The notes: generated by a model from the letters alone, not told the origin. A DNA stretch of 33,539 nt from Nemertoderma westbladi (GCA_032718475.1 JAUCBJ010001469.1:1-33539), one strand, 5' to 3'; shown: positions 1-12,364, numbered from the stretch's first letter. Numbers and translations are program-made.

Positions 1-944
1 TGTAAGTACTGGTATGTCAATTATTTTTAGAATAATTGAATTTCTGAATATTTTAGGGCTACTTGGTTACTTTAACTTACTTTGTTACCGTTATTTAAGC
101 AGTAGTCCAACTGATAGTGAGACCTAGTTTTTGTATGACAGGCCTACTATTTATAAATCGTTTGATTTGATTTATAATATTTATATACCCGTTATATGGG
201 TTTTTTGTCAATATTTGAAATAAATGTTATTATTTCTGGGGGTCACTACACAGAAGCTGAGCGCTCTCAGTGAAGTGCTATTTATTTGACACTAAAACTG
301 ATAATTCTAATTTACCTAAGTTACTTAATACTACAAATTACTTACGATACGGGTGAGATTAATTCTCTAATTAAACACAACAAAATATGACGTACGAATT
401 TTTAGGGTAATTTTACAGGAAGTCTACAAACCAGTCCAACAAAGGGTTAGATTTCTGGCTATTACAAAGGACAGGGTACTACGGTATTTAAATAATAAGT
501 AGTAGTAAATATATTGTACTGTCTAGATAGGAAAATACCACCGCCTGACGACCTATAACCGTATCGCTATAGGTACTACGTTATGTATCACGGATTGTTC
601 CTACCCAGAAGCTAATAGAGCTAACGAATGTGCCTATCAACCACTTTACAACACAAATATACTGCCTACACTAATTACTTCGGAAGGCACTGTACTCTAA
701 ACCCTAAATTAGGTACAAGTACCGGTATAACAAATAATCAGTAGTTAAATATACTTGAACAGTTAAAAGAACCACGGCATCTGCTGGAGTGACCGAAGCC
801 CAAAGTCGTCAGTCTTTACCTACGCCAAGCAGCCCTGATGTAGTACCGGGGTTAGTTTAACTATAACGGTATGTATAACAAGCACAATTACTGTAGGAAT
901 AAACTTGGGGACATGAATGTTGCGAATAATCGCATAAACTCTGA

Positions 945-1520
945 ATAATAAATATTACGCTACCCGTACAGAATACTCAAACAAATACAAACCAAACGCT
1001 GGCAGACTACTATCAAGCCTAAACAAACTACTGTATGTGCAGATTCTGAAACTGTTAGTTAGTATGCGTGCTAACACGGTAGTACGACTTACTCTTTAAG
1101 AGGGGATTGACCTTATTACAGTTATGACTGCCCCAACTTACTAACGGCACTTGATCAGACCAACTCTACACCCGCAGCAATCCCTTCAGACCCAAAAATA
1201 GCTAGACAACAATCCAGCCTACAAATATTTGAGTAATAACTATTACGGTACCTGAACAGACCACACAAACAAACACAGGCGAAAACACTGGCAGACTACG
1301 ATCAAGCCTAAATAAACTACAGTATATGCAGACTCTGAAACTGTTAGTTAGTATGCGTGCTAACACGGTAGTACGACTTACTCTTTAAGAGGGGATTGAC
1401 CTTACAGTTATGACTGCCCCAACTTACTAACGGCACTTTATCAGACAAACTCTACACACGCCGTAATCTCTCCAAACTCAACAACAGTCAGACAGCAGCT
1501 CAGCCTACAATTATCTGAAC
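945..1520. repeat. Tandem duplication, ~289-bp unit x2, with a near-identical ~105-bp core
   Basis: CTGGCAGAC at 999 and 1288 (period 289). 1046-1152 equals 1335-1438 except for a 3-bp TTA indel, while the flanks are visibly diverged. Confidence 0.85.
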
Positions 1521-1769
1521 AATCTGAGCAGGGTCACACGCCTTCTGCTCAATATTAGCCTACTAGGAAATAAAACCGACAGAAATAGGTAAAATCTCAA
1601 TAAAAATTCAGGGCTGCAGTCCCTGATTAAGTACTAAGACCTACCAGTATACAATAATCAAATCGAATAATACTAAATGTACTTGTACAGCAGTACCGGT
1701 ACCGGTGATGACAGTTAGGCCTACTGACCTACAAAGTACCGGTTCAGTTTTACCAGTCACTACGGTAGT

Positions 1770-1966
1770 TTGCAACCTTATTGCCTACTGCAATAAGATT
1801 ATAAACTGTTACTGTTCGTCAGAACAGTATTAAACTGTATTTAATGCCTACACTTGCAACCTTATTGCCTACTGCAATAAGATTATAAACTGTTACTGTT
1901 CGTCAGAACAGTATTAAACTGTATTTAATGCTTACACTGCAATACAGTATAAACTGTTACTGTTCG
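1770..1966. repeat. 84-bp tandem repeat (two copies plus a partial third)
   Basis: TGCAACCTTATTGCCTACTGCAATAAG starts at 1771 and 1855; a third partial TATAAACTGTTACTGTTCG follows. Confidence 0.9.
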
Positions 1967-2878
1967 CGCTTTTGAAGACCTTTAGCAGTTTAACCCGCCA
2001 AAATTTATATGTCTTCTAGTTAATTAAAACCACTTTAGCATACGACAATAATTTATGCTAATACGCAAAACATTAGCCGAAGTCAGCCCATGCGCGATCA
2101 TTCACCCGATGGATCTACACCCGGGAGACTGAATTCGGATGCTTGAATTGGATTATTACAGTGTAAGGTTGCAGTGTATACCTAATGTATCATTCGATAG
2201 ATCGTTAATAATTAATCTCTGACAGATATTATTGGCTTTCGGGAAATATTAACAGTTCCTCTAGGACGTGGCGCTCTATCTATTTAAACAGAACTAAGAC
2301 TCATACTAAACGCAACGATACTGCTTATGATTAAAGTATAAAACGTATTCTTTAGGAAATACTTTGTTACCAATCACAATCATACACACTATTCTGCCGA
2401 CAGTCAGTACATTTGATCACACATAAAGAGAGCAGTAATTGACTCACGTAGGGTCTGCTAAATAACATTGGATTCAATACACACCACATTAATATAAATC
2501 GCAATTGTTATATATAGCCGGTCTCTCTAACCTGTAGTGTTATCAAGAAAATTGGGAATTGGGTGATTTATCCGTATTATCCAAATAGCAATATTTCCAT
2601 CAACAAATATTTACAATTAATAACTGACGGTAAAATAACAGTACAAACAATATGATCAATGCAATTAAAAGTATCAAGGTGAGATGAGTGATTTAAGTCA
2701 GGTAACAGTTTATACTTTCGATAATTCAAGCAGTTTACGGTACAGCAGTATCTATCCAAAAATGCCGGTGTTTCTGGCTTAGACAGCAATAACAACAAGT
2801 ATCAAGAAAAAACAGTAAGACTGAACACTCTCCTTATGATCGACTAAAAAGCTACACGTCGACAGGAAAAACCGCCCT

Positions 2879-2916
2879 GATTGGCCCAAGCCAAACAAAG
2901 AACCACGCGGCCAATG
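2879..2916. promoter_or_regulatory. Possible promoter segment with two oppositely oriented CCAAT boxes
   Basis: GATTGG near 2879 and GCCAAT near 2910 in a locally GC-richer patch; no transcript evidence. Confidence 0.2.
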
Positions 2917-3200
2917 GCTGTTTCCATGTCAGCAACCAGCTGCTAGATGTCGTAATATGAATCATCACGGCTAAGCTGTGAAAGGTGGTTGGTGCATTAC
3001 AAGTTTTTTGTCTTACCATGTCCGCTAAAACACGTATATAGCAGAATGATTTTTATGTCCGTTAAAACACCTGTAAAGGTACCTTGCGGGCGAGGGGAAT
3101 ATATATACAGTTAGAAAACCTTTTTTAGAGTATTCCAGCGCCTGGGGGGGAACTGGCCAGCAAAGGCAAACGTATCAGTTATCCCACAAAAGCTTTTACA

Positions 3201-3402
3201 ACTACATCATAAGGCTGCATCTATGTGAAGGACGTTGACCAGTGTAGATATCTGAAAAGTAAAACAGCATCAGTCCTTTTGTTTGAGAGAACACTCTCAA
3301 TCATATGAAGTTTTGTTAAGTTAATTAATTAATTAATGTTTGGAATGGTGAATAGGCTTGTGAACTAGAAAGCCGTGGCCCGAAGGGCCACTGGCTTTCT
3401 AG
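3201..3402 (+). mobile_element. 3' fragment of Helitron-like element, subfamily A (A0)
   Basis: Nearly identical to the last ~200 bp of A1 and A2; ends with the hairpin and CTAG at 3399-3402. Confidence 0.8.
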
Positions 3403-5578
3403 TCTATATATATAAATATCATGTGTTTGTCTGTCTGTCTGTCTGTCCAAGCTATACGTTTCTACACACAAGCGCCAATCGGAGCTCGCGATACATCGAA
3501 CGAAAGCTCTCCTCACGAGCACGTGCACTGTCGCTATCTCGAGTCTTATTTTACGCGTTTGTTTGCTTGAATGCAGATTTCGTGAATTTGGTACCGGTAG
3601 CGCAGTAGGCCTAGCAGTTCATTCTGTCACTCTACATGTTAGGTCTCGACTATTATGCTACTTTTTGATGCGCATCTACGTGATGCAGACTGCCCCGAGC
3701 ACATAGACGCAAAACGTCGTTATATCGAAGCAAATTTTATGCATCATTTATGTGTGAATGCGTATTTGTGGTCAAATTGGGCTATTATTCCACATAACTA
3801 TTTTCAGCCAAATTTGTCAACACCCAGCAGGAAACTCTATAACAGCAGTTGCACCAACAGACTCAATCTGTTCTAAATGATACTTTGCAGATACGTTCCT
3901 GACCATAGACTGTGTGTTTGGGAAGACACTGATCAATCTGCAGTTCTCCAGTCTGCCGCTAGGGGGCGAAATGTCAGAAACTGAAAACCTTCTCCCATTT
4001 CGTTATTATTAATGCCTTTTAGCTGATACGTGGCAGAGGTCTACTATACCATAGGCTGTGTGTTTTCGGAGGATGCTGACTAATCTGCAATTCCCCAGTC
4101 TGCCGCTAGGGGGAGAAATATCTGAAAGTGAAAACCTTATCCCATTTCGTTGTTTATAATGCTTTTTTGCTGATACTTGGCAGAAGTCGACTACACCATA
4201 GACTGCGTGGTTGTAGAAAACTCTGAATAATCTAAAATTCCTCTGTCTGCCGGTAGGGGGCGCAATGTCTGAAAGTGAAAACCTTCACCCATTTCGTTGT
4301 TTATACTGCTTTTTTGCTGATACTTGGCAGAGGTCTACTACACCAAGACTGCGTGTTTGGGGAGGAGCTAGAACCAGTCTGCAATTCTCCAGTCTACCGC
4401 TAGGGGGCCAAATGTCTGAAAGTGAAAACCTTATCCCATTTCGTTATTAATAATGCTTTTAGGCTGACACTTGGCAGATGTGTATTACACCATAGGGTGT
4501 GTGTCTGGAGAGGACGCCGAACAACCTGCAGTTCTCTATTCGGCCGCTAGGGGGCGAAATGTCTGAACGTGAAAACCTTATCCCATTTTGATGTTTATAA
4601 TGTTTTTAGGCTGATACTTGTCAGAGGTCTACTACATCAAAGACTGCGTGTTTGTGGAGAACTAAGACCAATCTGCAATAGCTCTGTCTGCCGCTAGGGG
4701 GCGCAATGTCTGAAAGTGAAAACCTTTATGCATTTCATTGTTTATAATGCTTTTTTGCTGATACTTGGCAGAGGTCTACTACACCATAGACTGTGTGTTT
4801 GGGGAGGAGCTAGAACCAGTCTGCATTTATCCAGTCTACCGCTTGGGGGCCAAATGTCTGAAAGTGAAAACCTTATCCAATTTCGTTATTAATATGATTT
4901 CAGGCTGACACTTGCCAGATGTGTAGTACACCATAGGGTGTGTGTCTAGGTAAGACGCCTAACAAACTGCAGTTCTCCATTCGGCCGCTAGGGGGCGAAA
5001 TGTCTGAAAGTGAAAACCTTATCCCGTTTCGTTGTTTCTAATGCTTTTAGGCTGATACTTGTCAGAGGTCTACTACACCATAGACTGCGTGTTTGTGGAA
5101 AACTCTGACCAATCTGCAATTTCTCAGTCTGCCGCTAGAGGGTGAAATGTCTCAAGTGAAATCCTTCTCCCATTTAGTTGTTTCTAATGCTTTTTTGCTT
5201 ATACTTGGGAAAGGCATGCTTGACCATAGGCTGTTTGTATGGGGAGGACGCTAACCAGTCTGAGGATTTCCAGTCTACTGCTAGGGTGCGAAAAATCTGA
5301 ATCTGAAAAGTAAAAACATTCTCACATTTATTTATTAAAAATGCTTTTACGCTGATAATTGTCAGAGGTCTACTGTACTACATCATAAGGCTGCATCTAT
5401 GCGAAGGACGTTGACCAGTGTAGATATCTGAAAAGTAAAACAGCATCAGTCCTTTTGTTTGAGAGAACACTCTCAATCATATGAAGTTTTGTTAAGTTAA
5501 TTAATTAATTAATGTTTGGAATGGTGAATAGGCTTGTGAACTAGAAAGCCGTGGCCCGAAGGGCCACTGGCTTTCTAG
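3403..5578 (+). mobile_element. Non-autonomous Helitron-like element, subfamily A (A1)
   Basis: Starts TCTATATATATAAATATC then (GTCT)n; internal 147-bp array; ends ACTAGAAAGCCGTGGCCC-GAA-GGGCCACTGGCTTTCTAG. The 5' TC, 3' hairpin and CTRR are the established Helitron termini. No coding capacity. Confidence 0.85.
3860..5400 (+). repeat. 147-bp tandem array inside A1 (~10 monomers, partial 3-mer higher-order structure)
   Basis: CCGCTAGGGGGCG-type motif at 3956, 4103, 4250, 4397, 4544, 4691, 4839, 4985, 5132 and 5278. Confidence 0.95.
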
Positions 5579-5599
5579 TCTATATATATAAATATCATG

Positions 5600-5630
<31 letters not shown>

Positions 5631-7766
5631 TTGTTTGTCTGTCCAAGCTATACGTTTCTACACACAAGCACCAATCTGAGCTCGCGATACATCGAACGAA
5701 AGCTCTCGTCACGAGCACGTGCACTGTCGCTATCTCGAGTCTTATTTTACGCGTTTGTTTGCGTGAATGCAGATTTCGTGAATTTGGTACCGGTAGCGCA
5801 GTAGGCCTAGCAGTTCATTCTGTAGGAAACTCTATAACAGCGGTTGCACCATCAGACTAAATCTGTTCTAAATGATACTTTGCAGATACGTTCCTGACCA
5901 TAGACTGTGTGTTTGGGAAGACACTGATCAATCTGCAGTTCTCCAGTCTGCCGCTAGGGGGCGAAATGTCAGAAACTGAAAACCTTCTCCCATTTCGTTA
6001 TTATTAATGCCTTTTAGCTGATACGTGGCAGAGGTCTACTACACCATAGGCTGTGTGTTTTCGGAGGATGCTGACCAATCTGCAATTCCCCAGTCTGCCG
6101 CTAGGGGGAGCAATATCTGAAAGTGAAAACCTTATCCCAATTCGTTGTTTATAATGCTTTTTTGCTGATACTTGGCAGAAGTCGACTACACCATAGACTG
6201 CGTGTTTGTAGAGAACTCTGAATAATCTGAAATTCCTCTGTCTGCCGGTAGGGGGCGCAATGTCTGAAAGTGAAAACCTTCACCCATTCCGTTGTTTTTA
6301 CTGCTTTTTTGCTGATACTTGGCAGAGGTCTACTACACCAAGACTGCGTGTTTGGGGAGGAGCTAGAACCAGTCTGCATTTCTCCAGTCTACCGCTAGGG
6401 GGCCAAATGTCTGAAAGAGAAAACCTTATCCCATTTCGTTATTAATAATGCTTTTAGGCTGACACTTGGCAGATTTGTATTACACCATAGGGTGTGTGTC
6501 TAGGTAAGACGCCGAACAAACTGCAGTTCTCCATTTGGCCGCTAGGGGGCGAAATGACTGAACGTCAAAACCTTATCCCATTTTGATGTTTACAATGTTT
6601 TTAGGCTGATACTTGTCAGAGGTCTACTACATCAAAGACTGCGTGTTTGTGGAGAAGTAAGACCAATTTGCAATAGCTCTGTCTGCCGCTAGGGGGCGCA
6701 ATGTCTGAAAGTGAAAACATTCACCCATTTCGTTGTTTATACTGCTTTTTTGCTGATGCTCGACAGAGGTCTACTACACCAAGACTGTGTGTTTGGGGAG
6801 GAGCTAGAACCAGTCTGCATTTCTCCAGTCTACCGCTAGGGGGCCAAATGTCTGAAAGTGAAAACCTTATCCCATTTCGTTATTAATAGTGCTTTTAGGC
6901 TGACACTTGGCAGATGTGTATTACACCATAGGGTGTGTGTCTAGGTAAGACGCCGAACAAACTGCAGTTCTCCATTTGGCCGCTAGGGGGCGAAATGTCT
7001 GAACGTGAAAACCTTATCCCATTTTGATGTTTATAATGTTTTTAGGCTGATACTTGTCAGAGGTCTACTACATCAAAGACTGCGTGTTTGTGAAGAACTA
7101 AGACCAATTTGCAATAGCTCTGTCTGCCGCTAGGGGGCGCAATGTCTGAAAGTGAAAAACTTTATGCATTTCATTGTTTATAAAGCTTTTTTGCTGATAC
7201 TCGACAGAGGTCTACTACACCATAGACTGTGTGTTTGGGGAGGAGCTAGAACCAGTCTGCATTTATCCAGTCTACCGCTAGGGGGCCAAATGTCTGAAAG
7301 TGAAAACCTTATCCCATTTCGTTATTAATATGCTTTCAGGCTGACACTTGCCAGATGTGTAGTACACCATAGGGTGTGTGTCTAGGTAAGACGCCGAACA
7401 AACTGCAGTTCTCCATTCGGTGTTTGTATGGGGAGGATGCTAACCAGTCTCCCGATTTCCAGTCTACTGCTAGGGTGCGAAATATCTGAATCTGAAAAGT
7501 AAAAACATTCTCACATTTATTTATTAAAAATGCTTTTACGCTGATAATTGTCAGAGGTCTACTGTACTACACATAAGGCTGCATCTATGTGAAGGACGTT
7601 GACCAGTGTAGATATCTGAAAAGTAAAACAGTATCAGTCCTTTTGTTTGAGAGAACACTCTCAATCATATGAAGTTTTGTTAAGTAAATTAATTAATTAA
7701 TGTTTGGAATGGTGAATAGGCTTGTGAACTAGAAAGCCGTGGCCCGAAGGGCCACTGGCTTTCTAG
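5579..7766 (+). mobile_element. Non-autonomous Helitron-like element, subfamily A (A2)
   Basis: Same termini as A1 (TC at 5579, CTAG 7763-7766). Lacks A1 segment 3628-3828. Motifs at 5951, 6098, 6245, 6392, 6539, 6686, 6833, 6980, 7127 (exact 147 spacing), then 7275 and 7467. Confidence 0.85.
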
Positions 7767-7770
7767 TCTA

Positions 7771-9980
7771 TCTAATATATATAAATATCGATTGTCTGTC
7801 TGTCTGTCTGTCTGTCTGTGTGTTTGTCATCGGCTATACAATCGAACCCATCTCGATGAAATCTCGCTTGCTATAGCTCGTTAGAAAGGTCTCGCCCTAA
7901 CTCGTTGCAACGTAATACTCAGAGCCGTCTGAAGTTCACCCGTCTGCCGCTAGAGGGCGATTTTCGTGATTTTCGGGCGAAATTTATCGAATTATTTATG
8001 TTCTTCTATCGGTAATTAATGATTTAGAAGGCTAACATTTATCCCACCTGGTATAAAATTAACATGGGTAGATTCGCCGTGTCCCATTCTCACAAAGTTT
8101 TTATTTTATTCGAGTGTTTAATATAAATATGTATGATTATTTATTGATTAAAAATCAAATAGTGTATAAATATGTCATATTCGCCAAGCACGATCGAATT
8201 GGCCTATTGGTATTGAATAGGGAAGGATTGTTTTCTGTATCATAGCAACGTTAAGGTAATTATTGAACTCGCAGCTAGCTGGCTGGGCACAGATAAGGAG
8301 CAAGCAGGCTGGAGTGTTGATTGGGGTGGGTTTGGGTTGTCTGTTGCGAATTGCTCAGAGTAATTCTGCTTTCTCAATCATTGGCTGCATGGAAAAGGAG
8401 AGGTTTATAACATTTTTGTTTTACTGTTATGAATATTAAAAGTAAAATAATTATTTCTGTAGGCCTATACTTACTGTATTATTATTTTATCTAATATTAT
8501 ACATCTAATCTCGATGAAATCTCGCTTCTATAGCTCGTTAGATAGGTCTCGCCCTAACTCGTTGCAACGTAATACTCAGAGCCGTCTGAAGTTCCACCGT
8601 CTGCCGCTAGAGGGCGAATTATCCGATAGTGAAAACCTGATCTTATAGGGTTGTTTTTAATGCTTTTGAGATGAAACGTGGTAGCTATATACTGCAGCAT
8701 AGGCTGTATATTTCCGGAGTCACTGGGTTGTCTACAGTTCCCCAGTCTACCGTTAGAGGGCTAAATGTCTGAGAGTTAACATCTTCTCCAACTTTATTAT
8801 TTACAATCCGTTTTGACTGAAACTTGGTAGGCATCTACTACAGCATAGGCTGAATCTTTACTGAGTCGCAGAGTCGTCTACAATTTCCCAGTCTACCGCT
8901 AGAGGGCGAAATGTCTGCAAGTTAACATCTTCTCCAACTTTGTTATTTATAATCCATTTAGACTGAACTTGGTAGGCATCTACTACAGCATAGGCTATAT
9001 CTTTACTGAGTCGCGCAGAGTTGTCTACAGTACCCGCGTCTGCCGCTAGAGGGCGAAATGTATGAAAGTTAACATCTTCTCCAACTTTGTTATTTACAAA
9101 CCTTTTAGACTGAAACTTGGTAGGCATCTACTATAGCATAGGCTATATCTTTGCGGAGTAGTAGAGTCGTCTACAGTTCCACAGTCAGCCGCAAGAGGGC
9201 GAATTGTCTGATAGTGAAAACCTCATCCCATTTGGTTCTTTTTAATCCTTTTGAGCTGAATCTTGGCAGGTATCTACTACATCCTAGGCTCTATCTTTAC
9301 GGAGTTGCAGAGTCCTATACACTTCCCCAGTCTACCGCTAGAGGGTGAAATGTCTGAAAGTTACCATCTTCTCCAACTTTGTTATTTACAAACGGTTTAG
9401 ACTGAAACTTGGTAGGCATCTACTACAGCATAGGCTCTACCTTTACGGAGTCGCAGAGTTGTATACAGTTCCCCTATCTGCCGCTAGAGGGCGAATTGTC
9501 TGATAGTGAACACCTCATCCCAATTGGTTCTTTTTAATCCCTTTGAGCTGAAACTTGGCAGGAATCTACTACAGCATATTCTGTTACGGAGTCCCAGAGT
9601 CGTCTACAGTTCTTCAGTCTACCGCTAGAAGTCTGAATGTGAACATCTACACCAATTTTGTTATTTACAATCTGTTTAAGCTGAAACTTGAAAGGCAGGC
9701 ATTTTACTTCACCATAAACCCCATCTTTACCAAACTGCAGCGCCGTCTGCATTCACCAGTCCGCAGGTAGAGGGTGGATCTGAAAGTGATCATTTTCTGG
9801 AAATTTTGTTATTTACAATCTGACTAAAGTTAAAACTTGACAGTTATCTCTTATGGGGGTGGTGTTTTATTTAATGATGGTGTCTGTTCCGTATGCAGTT
9901 CTCCAATCTCCCACACATATTCATATATCATCTGCACGTGCACTAGAAAGCTGTGGCCCGAAGGGCCACAGGCTTTCTAG
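7771..9980 (+). mobile_element. Non-autonomous Helitron-like element, subfamily B (B1)
   Basis: Starts TCTAATATATATAAATATCG-(GTCT)n; 146-bp array with CCGCTAGAGGGCG-type motif (8604, 8750, 8896, 9043, 9189, 9335, 9481, 9622); ends ACTAGAAAGCTGTGGCCC-GAA-GGGCCACAGGCTTTCTAG. Confidence 0.85.
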
Positions 9981-12364
9981 TCTAATATATATAAATATCG
10001 ATTGTCTGTCTGTCTGTCTGTTTGTCATCAGCTATACAATCGAACCCATCTCGATGAAATCTCGCTTGCTATAGCTCGTTAGAAAGGTCTCGCCCTAACT
10101 CGTTGCAACGTAATACTCAGAGCCGTCTGAAGTTCGCCCGTCTGCCGCTAGAGGGCGATTTTCTTGATTTTCGGGCGAAATTTATCGAATTATTTATGTT
10201 CTTCTATCGGTAATTAATGATTTAGAAGGCTAACATTTATCCCACCTGGTATAAAATTAACATGGGTAGATTCGCCGTGTCCCATTCTCACAAAGTTTTT
10301 ATTTTATTCGAGTGTTTAATATAAATATGTATGATTATTTATTGATTAAAAATCAAATAGTGTATAAATATGTCATATTCGCCAAGCACGATCGAATTGG
10401 CCTATTGCTATTGAATAGGGAAGGATTGTTTTCTGTATCATAGCAACGTTAGGTAATTATTGAACTCGCAGCTAGCTGGCTGGGCACAGATAAGGAGCAA
10501 GCAGGCTGGAGTGTTGATTGGGGTGGGTTTGGGTTGTCTATTGCGAATTGCTCAAGAGTAATTAATTCTGCTTTCTCAATCATTGGCTGCATGGAAGGAG
10601 AGGTTTATAACATTTTTGTTTTACTGTTATGAATACCGGTATTAAAAGTAAAATAATTATTATTTCTGTAGGCCTATACTTACTGTATTATTATTTTATC
10701 TAATATTATACATCTAATCTCGATGAAATCTCGCTTACTATAGCTCGTTAGATAGGTCTCGCCCTAACTCGTTGCAACGTAATACTCAGAGCCGTCTGAA
10801 GTTCCCCCGTCTGCCGCTAGAGGGCGAATTGTCCGATATTGAAAACCTGATCTCATTGGGTTGTTTTTAATGCTTTTGAGTTGAAACTCTGTAGCTATAT
10901 ACTGCAGCATAGGCTGTATATTTCCGGAGTCACTGAGTTGTCTACAGTTCCCCAGTCTACCGTTAGAGGGCTAAATGTCTGAGAGTTAACATCTTCTCCA
11001 ACTTTGTTATTTGCAATCCGTTTAGACTGAAACTTGGTAGGCATCTACTACAGCATAGGTTGTATCTTTACTGAGTCGCAGAGTCGTCTACAGTACCCGC
11101 GTCTGCCGCTAGAGGGCGAAATGTCTGAAAGTTAACATCTTCTCCAACTTTGTTATTTATAATCCGTTTAGACTGAACTTGGTAGGCATCTACTACAGCA
11201 TAGGCTATATCTTTACTGAGTCGCGCAGAGTTGTCTACAGTACCCGCGTCTGCCGCTAGAGTGTGAAATGTATGAAAGTTAACATATTTTCCAACTTTGT
11301 TATTTACAATCCTTTTATACTGGAACTTGGTAGGCATCTACTATAGCATAGGCTATATCTTTGCGGAGTAGTAGAGTCGTCTACAATTCCCCAGTCTACC
11401 GCTAGAGGGCGAAATGTCTGAAAGTTAACATCTTCTCCAACTTTGTTATTTATAATCCATTTAGACTGAACTTGGTAGGCATCTACTACAGCATAGGCCA
11501 TATCTTTACTGAGTCCCGCAGAGTTGTCTACATTACCCGCGTCTGCCGCTAGAGGGCGAAATGTATGAAAGTTAACATCTCCTCCAACTTTGTTATTTAC
11601 AATCCTTTTAGACTGAATCTTGGTAGGCATCTACTATAGCATAGGCTATATCTTTGTGGAGTAGTAGAGTCGTCTACAGTTCCACAGTCAGCCGCTAGAG
11701 GGCGAATTGTCTGATAGTGAAAACCTCATCCCATTTGGTTCTTTTTAATCATTTTGAGCTGAAAATTGGTAGGCATCTACTACAGCATAGGCTGTACCTT
11801 TACGGAGTCGCAGAGTTGTATACAGTCCCCCCCCCCCCCATATGCCGCTAGAGGGCGAAATATCTGATAGTGAACACCTCATCCTATTTGGTTCTTTTTA
11901 ATCCTATTGAGCTGGAACTTGGCAGGAATCTACTACAGCATATTCTGTATCTTTACGGAGCCCCAGAGTCGTCTACAGTTCTTCAGTCTACCGCTAGAGG
12001 GTGAAATGTCTGAATGTAAACATCTACACCAATTTTGTTATTTACAATCTGTTTAAGCTGAAACTTGAAAGGCAGGCATTTTACTTCACCATAAACCCCA
12101 TCTTTACCAAACTGCAGCGCCGTCTGCATTTCACCAGTCCGCAGGTAGAGGGTGGATCTGAAAGTGATCATTTTTCTGGAAATTTTGTTATTTACAATCT
12201 GCCTAAAGTTGAAACTTGACAGTTATCTCTTATGGCGGTGGCGTTTTATTTAATGATGGTGTCTGTTCCGTATGCAGTTCTCAAATCTCAAACACATATT
12301 CATATATCATCTGCACTGCACGTGCACTAGAAAGCTGTGGCCCGAAGGGCCACAGGCTTTCTAG
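9981..12364 (+). mobile_element. Non-autonomous Helitron-like element, subfamily B (B2)
   Basis: Direct copy of B1 with one more array monomer; TC at 9981, CTAG 12361-12364. Confidence 0.85.

Noticed and set aside
858-870. TAACTATAACGGT, matching the first half of the I-CeuI/LSU rRNA site
   Set aside because: Only 13 bp with no surrounding rRNA similarity; probably chance.
4265-6886. Repeated 61-aa ORFs MSESENL... (4265, 6260, 6701) and minus-strand MPTK... ORFs (8858-11630)
   Set aside because: By-products of 146/147-bp monomers (147 is divisible by 3); neighbouring monomers contain stops and frameshifts.
3860-12200. CRISPR-like regular repeat array
   Set aside because: Whole monomers are homologous with no unique spacers; eukaryotic context and no cas genes.
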